Below, piece by piece: positions 47,677 to 60,719 of a stretch of DNA of 64,000 bases. Source of the stretch: Moniliella sp. 'wahieum'. Taxonomy: Eukaryota. The notes beneath the pieces are model-generated. The model was not told the DNA's origin and did no database searches. It saw only the letters and a list, made by a program, of their open reading frames with translations. The position numbers and the translations under genes are program-made. Location: NCBI GenBank assembly GCA_003971905.1, contig RSEE01000086.1:186001-250000 (forward strand), in the 5' to 3' direction. The stretch's first letter is position 1; the number at the start of each line of letters is the position of its first letter.

Positions 47677-50600
47677 AACGGCGTCTTCCACCGCGCCGAG
47701 GGAAAGTATTCTCCAACCAGGTTGTAAACACCTCTACAATCTTATGCGACGAAGCGTGGTCCACAATATCGTCGTTGACCGCCAACAACGCGACCGATTC
47801 GTGGTCCTCCGCCTCGTCGTCCTCCGCCTCGGGATCGTCTTGTGCTTGGGGTTGAGCTTGTCCTTGTGCTTGGGGATGGGGTTGAGCGCCAGATGGGGGG
47901 GCAGCCAACGGTCCGCGGTCCGTCTGGGTATGCGCCAGCACCTCTTGCAACATGGTACGCGTATGTTTCTCTCCTCCTGCGCCGAGCTGCTCAAACTCGA
48001 CGGGGGTCGAGGCCATAGTGTAAGCGTACCGTTGCAACATGCGAGCGACAAACACGCGTGCCGACGCGCCGCTCCAACCACTACCTTGTGCCACCGACGC
48101 AAGGGAAAAGTTAGCCCCGCGCCAGCCCGGTGGGGCAGACGAAGGCGGTAACCAAGTTCGACTCAAGGGTAAATGCGGTTCGCCCAGCGGTGCAGTGGTG
48201 CCGTGTACATCCTTGTTTCGATCTCCCGGCAAACGCTTATTCGGAGAAGGTAACACGGCACTTAATCCCCGACCGCCAGAAAGTGCCACGAGATGGGTAA
48301 GTAAGCAGTCGCCACACTGTGGCTGCTCAAATACCAAGCGCGTAAATACTTGTTCGCTAGCCCTTGCGTTGAACGGACCGTGCTGGCGTTACTGCTCATC
48401 CACCCCAGTCCGTCCGCGACCAAACACGATTTCCACTCCACCGCACACGCCACTGAGCCATGCTCGTCGATCTCTTCCATAAATGGCGTCCGGACCGGAC
48501 CGTCGTCCGCTGCGCCCCATGGGGCGGCGGCACACCATTGCCGTTGCCGTTGCCGTTGCCGTTGGTGTTGCCGGAGGAAGAGGAAGAGAAAATGGGGGAG
48601 GCGAGATTGGTAGTGTTGGTCAAGTACCATGGCCAACCAGCGTCGTGCCATTGCATTGCCTTTCCCGGCTTGCGCTGGCCAAACAAATTGATCGCATTGG
48701 CATAGAGGCCCGCGAGCGCGTACCCGTCCCACGAGCTGAACTGGTACGTGCTCGCAGCGCCATGGGACGCAAGGCCAAGCGCGGCATGTGCACCGTGTAC
48801 CTGGGAATCAAGTAGTGTTGAGCGGCGCGGCGTGCGTACACGGTCTTCCGACCGACCTGCGTGCGGCTCTTCTGTCGCCCACCCCGGGTGCGCGGCGGTA
48901 CGCGTCCTCCGCCTCGGCCTGGTTACGTCCAGGCGGCAAATCGTGGCCTGAAACGTGGTGGCGCGGAAAACTTCGTCGCGCAGAACTTGGAATTCTTCAT
49001 AGTCCACCTTCCCGTCCCCATTGGCGTCGAGCACAAGCATAACGTACGACCATAGCGCTGCTTCGCGGTGTCGCTCAATAATCGTATTGTGCAACAGTTG
49101 GTGCGTGACAAGGTTCGTGCCCACCCCACGGAACCGCGTGCGCATCGCCCCACTCACATCTTCCCGAAACATCAACCGTGTCTCGTGGAGCAAGGATGCT
49201 GACGCACTACGGTGCACGTGCTGTGGGTAGCGTCGCGTCCGCCGTCCAAATCGCTCATCTAGCACGTTCGACACCATCTTAAGCCCGGGCCACTCGCCCC
49301 CCGCGGACCAGGTGAGTGGACTGGCGGCCTGCACCACCAAGTCGTGCTGGAACCGTAACGATAGCCCATACAGCGGTGAGTGCACGTCCACATGACCCAC
49401 TGGTCGCAGCAGGAAAAAATCATCGTTGGAAAATAACAACGTATCGCTCGTGCCCAACCCGCTCCATCCACCTGCTTCCACTGAAGCACCAGGATCCAAA
49501 GCCGCCTCCACTGCCATCGAATTGAAACTGGGCAACACGGATGCCTTGTGCGCTCCTACCCCTGCCCCTTCCTCGGCCACAGGACGGAACAGAGACCAGT
49601 CATGATGCAAGCGCAGTTCCGGCCCTCCTTCGTCCCGGCGCACTTGGGTCATCGCCGCCCTGCCTGCCAGCACACTAGACCGGTTCATGTCCAGCCATCC
49701 GGGCCGCTGGCCCACCCGGTGCGAGCCATCAACAGGATCAATGTACCGATCGAGCCATGGTTCGTGTTGTTGGATAATCTGGTGCACAGGGCGGTTGGTG
49801 CGCTTCGCTTCCGCCTGTGCCATCGCATCCAACGCCGCTACGCCAAAGTCGGGCGAGATGACATGGACCGTACCGAGGTGTTGGAGGAACTGAACCGCGG
49901 TCCGAATCGCGTACCGTAACTCGTCCATTTCGAAAAACCGTTCGGAACTGTACCCAATTGATTTTTCTCGCCACCGCCGAATGTGGGAATGACGATCCTG
50001 CACCCCCTGGGCCGCACGCACAAGGACAGGGTAAATGTCCGTGACAAAGCGGGCGAATTTGGTGGCGTGGTGCGCATCGAGCGTGAGCGCTTGTGTGCCA
50101 GCAGGCGAGCCGGGTCGAGAAGTAAATGGACTGGGACAGTACTCGCTCCTTGCTTCGGCATCGTGCGCACTGACACAGTAGGCCCAGTACTGCTTGGCCT
50201 GGTCGTGCAGCGGGTCCGAACCATTGACCCAGGTAAACACAATGTCAATCGGGGGGAGGTGGGACGGCGCAGGGCAGACCATGCGCGCACCGTACTTGTC
50301 GTTCAGGCGGGCACAGATCGTGCCCTGCGCTACCCATTGGACCAGACAGTCGTCGTCTTCCGTAATGGCCCGGTAGGCAGGCACAGCAGTCAGGCTATGT
50401 TCCGTCGCCCATTGTGGCGAAAAGAGTAGCGAGGGGTTCACGCCATCTGTACCGTACATACGGCCTAGGTCGTCCGAGTTGGGGTTGATGGCCCAGCCGG
50501 ATTTGCTCTGCTTGGGCAGATCGATGTCGAGTGGGGGCGCATAGAGCGTTTGGTCATCGACGCGAGAGCGTGAAAGACGGTACGGGTCGACGAGCTGGAA

Positions 50601-50929
50601 CGCGACCGAGCTGAGGAATCCGCCGAGGAGGCGGGTCGCATTGAGGGGCCTGCCCGAGTCAGCTGCCGTAGGGAGCAGGACGGTGTCGGGGGTGAGGCGC
50701 GTGCTGGCATGAAGAGCGGTGCGCAGGATGTAGAGGGCGGGAAGGGCGGTGAGGAGGACGAGGAGGGCGAGGAGCTTGGGCGTGGCGGGCCGCCTCCTGG
50801 GGAGGAGGGAGAGGAGTAGGCAGGAGCGGGGCGGCGGCGGCGGCGGAGCGGGGGGAGGAGGGCCACTGCAGCCAGGGGGAGCGGCGGGAGAGGGGCGAAT
50901 GGAGGCCGAGCTTTTTGGCCAAGGGCACA

Positions 50930-50960
<31 letters not shown>

Positions 50961-51035
50961 GATCGGGGGGGCGGGCGTGGTGGAGGTGGGCGAGGGGGTG
51001 GGGGGGTAGGCGTGGCGCAGTGGTGGCGGCGGCAT
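47660..51035 (-). CDS. Stealth-family sugar-phosphotransferase, Xpt1-like (paralog 2)
   Basis: TM anchor LLALLVLLTALPALYIL; IDIVFTWVNGSDP; RFFEMDELRYAIRT; LPSFNSMAVE; FSNDDFFLL; GEWPGL; YPQHVHRS; RFRG; LLAVNDDI. Confidence 0.93.
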
Positions 51036-52602
51036 GGGGCGGGTGGAGGAGGAGAGGAGACGGCGGCAGCGGGGACGAAGGGAACGCCGGCGACGGATGG
51101 GGTTGGAGGATGCTCAGGCCCAGCGTCGCCCTGCGGACCACACCACACGACCGTGCTGATTGCGGGTTGCTGATTGCGGATTGGGCTCAAGGCGAGCAGG
51201 GCAGAGTAGAGCAGCGCAGAGCAGCGCAGCGCAGGAGCGAGAGGCGCAGTCGGGAGAGCGGTGAGCATCACCCATCCCCAGGGTTCGTGCGATCGATGCG
51301 AGCCGAGGCTGTGGGCAGCTGCAGCAGCACGCGGCACACAGCACACACGGCGTGTTCCTGCGCCTCTTCGCGTTCGTCCTGCGGTCCAGACGCAGGTGGA
51401 GACTGCCCGGCCGCCTGCTCGGCTGCGCACCGCGTCCACTCACACAGTGCGAGCCCCTTGCGCTGGACTGCCCCATGCGGCCCCTGCGGCTGCCGGCGCG
51501 GGGCTCCGAGCGGCGGGCAGAGGCTTGCACTCCCCCCGCGCTGGGCCGGCGCCCGTGGCGCACCTTGGCGCTGCAGGGCCACGACGCGATCGGGTGGCGG
51601 CAGCGCAGCAGCAAGCAGCAAGCTGCAAGCCTCAGCGCAGCCAGGCACCTGCATCGCCATCGCGTAATCACCCCAATCAGTGCTCGGCCATCATGCATAT
51701 GCATCACCCCCATCACATGTCACACTCGCAGTGTTGCATGCACCAGCACATGCAGCCCTGGCAGTGCCTCAGCCGCAGTCGGTCACAGTGCCTCAGCCCC
51801 CCAGGTGCAATATCACATGTCACATGTCCCATGTCACACCACCCGATCGAGGTGTGCGATGTTCGATCGGAGAGCATTCGATGAGCCACGGCGCCCATCC
51901 CACACCGTCCAGCCCCGCCCTGCTTCCCGGCCGCTCCCCCGGTCTCGTCCGCGGTCCCCCCGGCCCCGGCACCGGCGCCCCGTTTGGAACGGTAGGGTTG
52001 GCCACTCGGGCCCTCCTCGGGCCGACATGCCCGACACACGCACAGCTGCCACACGTCACGAAAAAATACCTTCCGTCGCAGTGCCCATGTGATGCATGTG
52101 ATTGCTGCTGTTGCTTGTGGTGTGACATGTGACGTCTGGTCTGTCACTTGTAGTCACTCAGAGCATGTCAAGTGCATGTCCATTGTCACGTCAATTCTTG
52201 TCAATCCCATCGCGTCCTCGTCCTCGTCCTCTACGCCACAACACCCAGACGTTTCCCACACCCACCACACGCACCTACCGACGCTACAACTCTCCCAGCC
52301 AAGCCAAGCCCACCCACACCCAAACCAAAAACACATGCAGAAACTAGATGCAAAACTTCAAGCCCAAGACACAGTGTCCATCCAGCAGAGGGGGAATCAG
52401 CGGCGCAAGGCAAGCGCAAACGCAAGGCGAGAGGGTAAGCGAAGATGGCAAAGGCCAAAGGGCAAAGGGCAGAGTGCAGAGTACAGGGAAGAGGGCATAG
52501 GGATGAGGGCATAGGGAAGAGGAATAGGCAAGAGGAACAGGGAAAAAGGACAAGGGAAGAGCAACAGGAAAGAAAGGGTAGATGGGCAAGTGCATGGCGG
52601 GC

Positions 52603-55600
52603 TTACAAGTCCATCATGATCATCGCCCCTGCCAGAATCAAGTCCGGCACACCGTACCACACCCTTCGTGCCCCAGGTCCAACTCCAACTCCAGGTCCAG
52701 CTGCAGCGCCAGTTGCAGGTCCACTGGCCGTGCCTGGACCCGCACCCGCACCCGCACCTGCACCGCGCGCGAGAACCAACGACGACACGGGCAACGGGCA
52801 TCCCAACGCATTCCACCCGTCCGGAATGAGCTCGAGGTGCCGCGCCGCGGTACAAAAGCCCAGCACGGTAGGAAATGACATGGGCGCCGGTAAGCCCATT
52901 TCATCTTCCCAATCTCCTCCATCTCCCCAATCGTTCTCATCTTTCCCATCTTTGCCATCGCGCTCATGATGTCCATCGTGTCCATCTGGCCCATGCCCCC
53001 TTGGCAGCCGCTTGTCCGCCTTGGCCTTTGCCTCCACTCTCCCATCCAAGTTGGGACCTGTACCGCGGTCCTGGCCTTTCGCCCCTCCCCCTCCCGCTTC
53101 CCGTTCCGCTTCCGCTTCCGCCTCCGGTCCACCACCACTCGTAGCGGCACCGGCACTGGAGCCAATCTCTGGCTCAACGGAAGAAGCCTCAGTCGTAGAA
53201 CTGGGAGCAATCCCAGTCCCAGTCCCAGTGCCCGTGCCCGTGCCTGTGTGCGTACCAGTAGGAGGACCAGGCGGAGGGCGGGATCCGGGCCAAGGAACGT
53301 AAGGAGCAAACCCGACGCCAAGTGGGGCCGGGCACAACTGAGCCGTGACGCGGAACGCATGTGCCGACGTAGGCGCCGACGCAGACCCAGGCCCAGATGC
53401 AGATGCAGATGTAGGGGGATCGGCGTCCTGACTAAACGGCGTGTAGGATACGCGCAACCAGCGAACCGGGTGCGGCGTACGCTTTCCCCCGGCGCGACGC
53501 GTTCGGGCACAGAGGGTACAGAGGGTACAGAGGGCGCAGCGGGCACAGATGAAGAGGACGAAGAGGTAGATCGAGGTACGTTGGCCAATACCAAATCGTC
53601 CCCAAGGGTAGAGGAATAGGTACGTGCATCGTATACGGTTCCACCTCCAAGGGAGCGCACATTGGTGCATGCGACGTGGACGTGGATGTGGGATGGGCAG
53701 GGTCCTGGGCAAGATTGGCGGTTGGAGTGGAGGCCCAAGCTGGGGCAGAGGACCAGGTACGTTCCATCGCGTCCCACGGCGCAATCGCATCGGCATCGCG
53801 TTTCGAAACTGGCCATCCTCGTGCTCGCCCGCTTGAACGCCCTTCCGTACTGGTCCGCAGAGACTCGGGTTGCACCTCCTCCTGCGCAACACCACCTGGC
53901 CCAGCCGCCGCTGCCGCGGTACCAGGACCAGGTGCAGGACCAGGTGCAGGAGCAGGTGCAGGTGCAGGTGCAGGACTATGTCCACCCGGGCTGCGCCGCC
54001 CGGACGACCCAGCACACCCACACTCACCTGCACACGCAGCGTCGACGGGCGCAGGGTCCGAGGCAAGCTGAGCCTTGCCCACTGGGGCCGGGCTGCGCTC
54101 CAAGTCCATGTCCTTGTCCTGGTCCTGGTCCTGGTCCTGGTCCTGGTTTCGGTCCAGATCCTGGTCGGACGAGGCCAGCACAGGTTCAGGCGACCCAGCC
54201 GCACCACCGCCACCCAACGAACTGGGCACGTACGTCCCCGTCCCCGTTCCTGTCCCCATTCTTGTCCTGTGGGCGTGCCTGTGGACGTTCCCGTTCCCGT
54301 TCCGGTCGGCGTCGAGGTGAGCGGACGCGTGGGCGGACAGAATAACGGAAGGTCTTCCCATGGTGCTGAGGTCGTGGCGCTACTGGGAGTGGCAGTGGGA
54401 GTGGGAGTGGCCGTTGTGGCTGTGGCGGTGGTGGGAGTGGTAGTGGGAGTAGAAGTGGCTGGTGCAGAGCCCAGTTCGGTCGGTGAGGCAGCGCGAGCAC
54501 GAGTGGGGCCCAGGCCGAGCGAGAGGGGGGAAGGTGGATCGGCAAACGAGGAGAGGGAAGCTGCGTGGGGACGCATAGGCGGATTCGTAGGCGGATTCAT
54601 AGGCGGCTGCGGCTGCGGCTGCGGGGGGAGGTGCGGTGTAGCACGCGGTTTACGTTTTGCCCCGTCCAGGAGAGGTACCGTGCACTGGAAGTGGAGAGAC
54701 TGTTGGAGTGCGTGGAGCGAGTCACGGGGGGCCTCCCCCCACTTCGTCCGGAAGATGCACAGGGGGAAGATTGGACCATGTGGATTGGCGAGCTCGTTCC
54801 GCTGCTCGAGATGCTCGAGACCATAGGGACAGCGGGAGATGTACTCGTAGTTCCACTCGAAGGAGCACTGCTAAGTGCCAAGCCGTGTGGACTCGCGCGC
54901 TCCTGCCCACCGACGCCTTACTGGACTGCGCGGGAAGGGGGAAGAGCAACCGTCCGAACCGTCGTCGTGCTTCGTGTCGTGAGGGTGAGCGTGAGGGTGA
55001 GAGTGGGCGTGGGAGTGGGTGTGGATGTGGAGCACCTTGGCGGTGGAGGAAAGTGAGTGGGCCATGATCGAACGTGCGCCCCGGCGTTGCGGGGGAACCG
55101 GAACTGGGGGACTGGGAACTGAGGGACTCGGAACTTGCCCTCCCACGGGACCGGGTGGCGTAGACCCGACGGAAGCTGCAGGACCAGCAGCCGAAGCACC
55201 AGTGGACGCAGCGGCATTGGGAGCGGCAGCACCACTTGTTTCCTCCTGTCCCGCCGTCCGGCCCAAAGTAAGCGTGAGTCCACTGGAGGAAAGGCTATGC
55301 GCAGCCGAACAGCCAATCGGGTGGGGCGGGCCGTGGGACCAAGCTGCAGGAGCGGGACACGGTGCCGACGCAACAGGCAACAACGGGTGGGAAGCCGGAG
55401 GCGAGCCAGTCCCAGTCCCAGTCCCAGGCCCAGACCCAGAGCTAGACTTAGCCCTGGCTTCAGGCCAAGCGGGCCTGTGCAACGGCAAAGAAAGGGACCA
55501 ACTATGTTTGCCCTCTGCATCACCAGGAGGGGAAATAGAATGCGAGCCACGCGAGCCACGCGAGCCACGCGAACTTCGCTCCCGTCCTGATCCCGACCTC

Positions 55601-58600
55601 GACCTCACTCCCAATCCCAATCCCGGCGCCAACCCCGACCCCGACCCCGACCCCGATCCTGATCCTGATCCGGTCCTCGTCCGCACCGGGAGCAAGGGCC
55701 GCTCGGGCGCCGTGGCGGCCGTCTCGACGGACAACGCGCGGGCGGGACGGGATCGGTCCCGGGCGAAGGGAAAACGGAGCCAATGGCCGAGGCAGTGCCG
55801 GTGGCAGAGGCAGTGCCGGTCCCGGTACCAGTGGCAGAGGCAGAGGCAGTGGCAGAGGTGGGTGAGGGCCAATGGTGCGGCACGTCTCGGGAGGACGTAT
55901 GGCCATCACGTTTGAGTAATGGGCGCAACGACGGTGAAGAAGGCATCAACGTGCGCATCGCACTGGCTGACCGGACGCGGCGGAGAGAGCGATGCCCCGG
56001 AGCTGGTTTGGTCTCGGCTACGGTGCGCGTGTGCGCATGCGCAAGTGGTGAGGCTGTAGGTGCAGAGTGAGAACGCGAGTCAGTCCAGGTCAAACTCAAG
56101 CTCATCTCACACTAGCGTGCCACGGTCCAAGGACGTATGACGCAGCGACGAAAAGCGGGGGAAGGAGAACGAGAACGAAAACGAGAGAAGGAGAGAGGAA
56201 GGAAGGGGGGTACGTACCGTCAGCATACTCTGGTGTGCTAGGACTAGCTTTGAGCTGGTGCGCCGAAGGATGGTGGGAACGTTTGAGGCTCAAACGCGTG
56301 ATCCAGCTCCGGTCCCGCCGCACCGGATGCGTATCCTCCTGCGCCGCAAGCGGAGATACCGGGTCCTCCCAGTCCTACTGCTGCCACTGGGACCACTAGT
56401 GCCACTGGGACCACTGGGGTTACTGGGGCCACTGGGGTTACTGGGGTTACTGGGGTTACTGGTGATACCCATCACCGTTGCACTTTGCGACAAGGTTGGA
56501 GGCGTTGCGATCCGGGCGAGGGCATCGTGGTGCCCACCCCCCAGGCCAATCCAAGGACGAAGCGCATGAAGCGCACGCGACTTGTCTTCCGGGGGAAGAA
56601 CGGGAAGTTCTTCCGCTGGCGAAAGAGGGTCCTTGTCCATTCCCCCCTCTTTTTCTTTCGGCTTATCTTTCGCCTGATCCGGTTCAGGGTCCGGTTGCTT
56701 GTCCGGATCCGGTTGTTTGTCCTGGTCTCTTTCCTTGACTTGGACTTGGTCTTTATCTTTATCTTTGTCCTCGCCAGCGGACGGCGGACGGCCGTATGCA
56801 TGGTGATGCAGTGCAGCCGAGAGGTGAGACCAAGCTTCCTGTACCGACTCGGCCGCCGCAGCAACCGTGACGACTGCACCGGGAGCTGCGCCAGCCGGAC
56901 CGCCTCCGGACCCAAACCCTCCCGCTGGGCGGGGGGAGGCCGTACGCGCATCCCGCCGTACGGGGGGGGACGTTGTGCGTGCCCCACCCATACGCGTATG
57001 CGTATGCGTATGCGTATGCGTATGCGTATGGGGGTGCATATGCGGGGTGTGGACTAGGGCGTGATGGGTGTGGGGAGGCAGTACGGGATCCAATACGAGA
57101 CGAGGCGGCGCGCGAGGGCGCACGCGAAGTGGCACGGGACGATCCGGCACGAGAAGATGGTGCTCTTGAGGGCGTACGGGACGCAGCGCGCGAAGTGGGA
57201 TGCGAGCCGGACCCGGTCCGTCGGTACCCGTACGAAGCGGTGGTGGATGGGGAACTGTTGCGCGAAAAAGAGGAGGAAGTGGGATCTCCGAACGTCGTGG
57301 GGCTACCATTCCCTGTGCCTGTGGTTGCGGTTGTGGGTGTGGGTGTGGGTGTGTTGGGGGCGCCTGCAGGCCAGGCAGATGGAGCAGGACGAGCATGGGG
57401 TAAGAGCGAAAGACCTACGTGGACCTTACGTGAAGCACTAGGCGAACGCGGTGCCACCGACCCGAATGCCTCTTCGTCCTGCAGCGCGTGGTGGGCGTAC
57501 GCTTGGTACCCCTTAGGCAGTGAGGGACGGGTGGTGTGCGCGCGCGGACGAGGGTGCGAACTAACATGGGGCGTACCATGGGTGTGCGCAGTAAACAACC
57601 GAAGACGAGCTCGACCACGAGACCGACTTTCGTCCGGCGTCGACGTACCTGATCCCTCACCCTCACCCTCACCCTGCAGCGGCGTCGCAGTCCCACTGGT
57701 CACACTGGTCAAATCCGTTGTCGACACCCCGGGCACCCCGGCACATCGGGCTCCCCATTGTACCCAACCAAAAGGTACGGATCGAACCCGGGATTGCGCT
57801 CCTCGTCTCCGTTCCGTAGACTCTTGCCAGCTAAAAACCGGCCGCGGAAAACGGAAGGAGGCCCGTAGACGACTTGGCGTTGGTCTTGGAACGTAGGGTC
57901 ATTCGATAACACAATCCGAACCGTGTGCTCAGCCACCATCAGTCGTACTGCCAGACTGCACTTTTTCCGAGCAAACATGCTGATGGGCACTTTGGCTTGG
58001 CTCGCCTTGCCAGGCGCAGGGGGGGCAGAAGTAAAGGAGGTAGCTGTAGGTGGCTTACCACGAGCGGATGGTGCCATGGTTTCCTGCCAGCTCCTCCAAC
58101 GAGCTCGTCGTGGTAGCTGCGTCGGGCGCGGTGGGCGAATCGTCGGCGGAAGATCGACTGGACTGCCCGCTGGCTTCGGGAGAGAGGCAAGGTGTGTCGG
58201 GCAACGTTTGGTCGCTCTGCAGAATGGCTGGCCTGGCAATGACGACTGGAAGACGGTAGTGGAGCGTGCGGGTAGAGGAAGGATGGTCCGATGGCAGTTG
58301 CACAAGCTCCAATGGCATGGACATCCAGACAGGATCATGTTTAGTGTGCCAGGCAAATGCCCATGAAGCAAGTGCCATATCGCTCGACCTGCTTTGGCAT
58401 ACGCCCGAGCTCCCATCCCCACCAACAGGCGCAAGCACCACCGCCGTCCAATCTGAAAGCGAACCAACATCAATCGAAAGAGCGCCATCTCGTCAATCGA
58501 CAGTACATCCAGCACAGCTTGGGCACCTTGCGTCGCATCCCCGCGCAGCGGGCGCGGGACCAAGATCGCACCACCATGCGCATTGTCCCACGTATCCCTC

Positions 58601-59438
58601 TCGTCCCAACTAGCATTCCATGTCGAGGCGCCATCGAGAGACGGGTCGTCGTACAGCGAGTCAGTGTCGGGCTCCAGGTTGGAGAGGACAAGGGGCTGTG
58701 GCTGTGGCTGTGGCTGTGGTTGGGATGCGGGTGCGGGCTGTGGGAACCAGTACTGGCAGCACTAGAGCTGGCAGGGGTGGCTTGTTCTGAAGGCGCATCG
58801 GTCATGCACCTCCGCAGCGCGCGGGCTAGCAGGTTGGCATCCAGCGACGCAATGTCCCGGTCCGAATCGAGGCCCAAGCTGGCAAACCCACCGAGCAGAC
58901 CGGACTTTTTGCGTGTGGGGCGGCGGCGGCGCGAGTGGCTGGATGGCGTGCCGGAGGCAGAGGGCGAGGCAGAAGAAGGTAGCGCAGAGGCGGTGGCTGG
59001 CCCTCGGCGCGGGGCGGAGGCGCGTCGGAGCATGGGGCAGGGCGCGCGCAGCGGTGGCGAAGGTGCTTGGCAAAGCTGTCTTCGCCGTCGACGTCGCCGG
59101 GATAGGCGGTGGACGAGGACAGAGGCGCCGGGACAGAAAAGGCGAGGGCGTCTCGGTCGGGGCGAGGAGGAGGAGGCGGGAGAGGGGGTGGGGATGCCGA
59201 TGGGCCGGAGCGGGCGGGGGGTGGAGGCGCCAGGCGCGGGCGGGGTGGTGGTGGAGGTGGAGGTAGGGAGGCAGGCGGGGGTCGGAGGAGCGGCGGGAAG
59301 GGAGGCGACAGAGACGGAGGTGCGGCGGGGGCGGGCGGGGACAGGGACGAGGGGGTGGAGGGAGGGAGGGGCATGGCAGCAAAGGTAAAGCCGCTGGCAG
59401 AGGTGGGGGGGGGATTAGACGGGCGGCGGGGACAGCAT
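52603..59438 (-). CDS. Very large low-complexity hypothetical protein with short globular-looking islands
   Basis: Fragments: MLSRRPSN..., VWMSMPLELVQL, VRIVLSNDPTF, GDEERNPGFDPY, SWITRLSLK, probable intron about 56112-56218, C-terminal MSFPTVLGFC...WYGVPDLILAGAMIMMDL*. Could be more than one gene. Confidence 0.5.
56990..57030. repeat. (TATGCG)n hexamer repeat inside the large hypothetical gene
   Basis: Directly visible. Confidence 0.9.
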
Positions 59439-60719
59439 GCAGGGGCGGTGGTGGTGTTCGTGGTAGTGGTGATTCGTGGTGGTGGAGGTGGTGTGGCGGC
59501 TGTTTATGGTGGCGGACCAAGGGCTGGATTGTGGGTTTGGTTGCGCCGAGGCGAGATGGGAGAAGGGATGTGCGGTGATGCGTGACTGGGGTGGCTGGGT
59601 GAGGATAATGCTCGTCTGGGCTGCGTTTGGATGATTGATTATCGCACCGCCTGTTCTGCTCTTAGCGGCTACCTCGTCCCAGTACTGCGTCTGGGCTATT
59701 CATTCGGTCCTCCATACCCTCAGTATCATCGACAGTACCCTCAGTACCCTCAGTACCCTCCGTCAAATACTTCGCTTTGCTTTGCTTTGCTTTGGGTTGG
59801 CCAGCCGCCCAGGCCGCTTGAGAATTCACGCCCATTTTCAACTTTCATCCACCGCTCCCACCTGGCCTCCGTCCGCCGTCTTTCCGCCGCAACACTCACC
59901 GCCTAACCACGCTCCATCGCCCATCGCCCGTCGCCCATCGCCCGTCGCCCGTCGCCGGCGCCATCGCCCATCGCCACCACCACACCACTCGGGGCGATGG
60001 GCCCCCAGCAGCATCCCAGCCCAAACCCAGCCCTCCGGCTTTGCCCGCACCCAGCACCCTGGTACGTACACCATTATGGCCCAAGCTACTCCCGCTCCTA
60101 CTACGTAGCACTCACCTCCTCTCCCCCGCGGCTCCCCTCTGGCCCGCATCGAGCCACTCTGGCCAGACTCACCCTCCACACGCTCGCACTCATCCTCACC
60201 GCACTAGGCACTAGCCACTCGTCTCGCGCCCCGTCACCCTCACGTCACACGACTCGCGCCCCGCTTCCCATTCCTCCATCCCCTCGTCTCAGCGTGCACC
60301 TGTCACTCCCCCGCGCCTCCCACCCACACCAAATTGCAACCAAACGACGCATCCAAAAAAATCAAAAAGCTTCAACTTTCAACAATCTAGCCAATCATGC
60401 ATCATGAATCACTGGCCACCGCTCATAACCGCTACCCCTTGGCTGCTGCCATCGCACCCTCCGCCCCCATAGAGCACGGCAGGCTCTGCTAGCTTCTGGC
60501 CCTCTACCACCGCCACTTGGTGTCCCAACGTCCAATGCTCATCATCAAATCACCCCCTGTTTCCACCCCGCGCCAAGATCTGGACCATCGTGCATCGTGC
60601 CCATCATCCACACCATCCATCCACATCGCCCATCTCACACTGCCCTCTCAGAGTAAACATCCCCCAACGACGACCTGCCGGTGGGGGGAACGGTACCTGG
60701 TAAAGATGCGCAACGCATA

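Noticed and set aside
21241..51035. Biosynthetic gene cluster bounded by the Stealth genes
   Set aside because: The intervening genes are unrelated housekeeping genes (RCF1, TAF9, DNAJC7, PAH1, VPS11), with no backbone enzyme or sugar-nucleotide genes.
57775..57800. tRNA T-arm-like CCCGGGTTCGATCC on the minus strand
   Set aside because: No acceptor stem, D-arm or anticodon arm; it encodes NPGFDP within a probable CDS.
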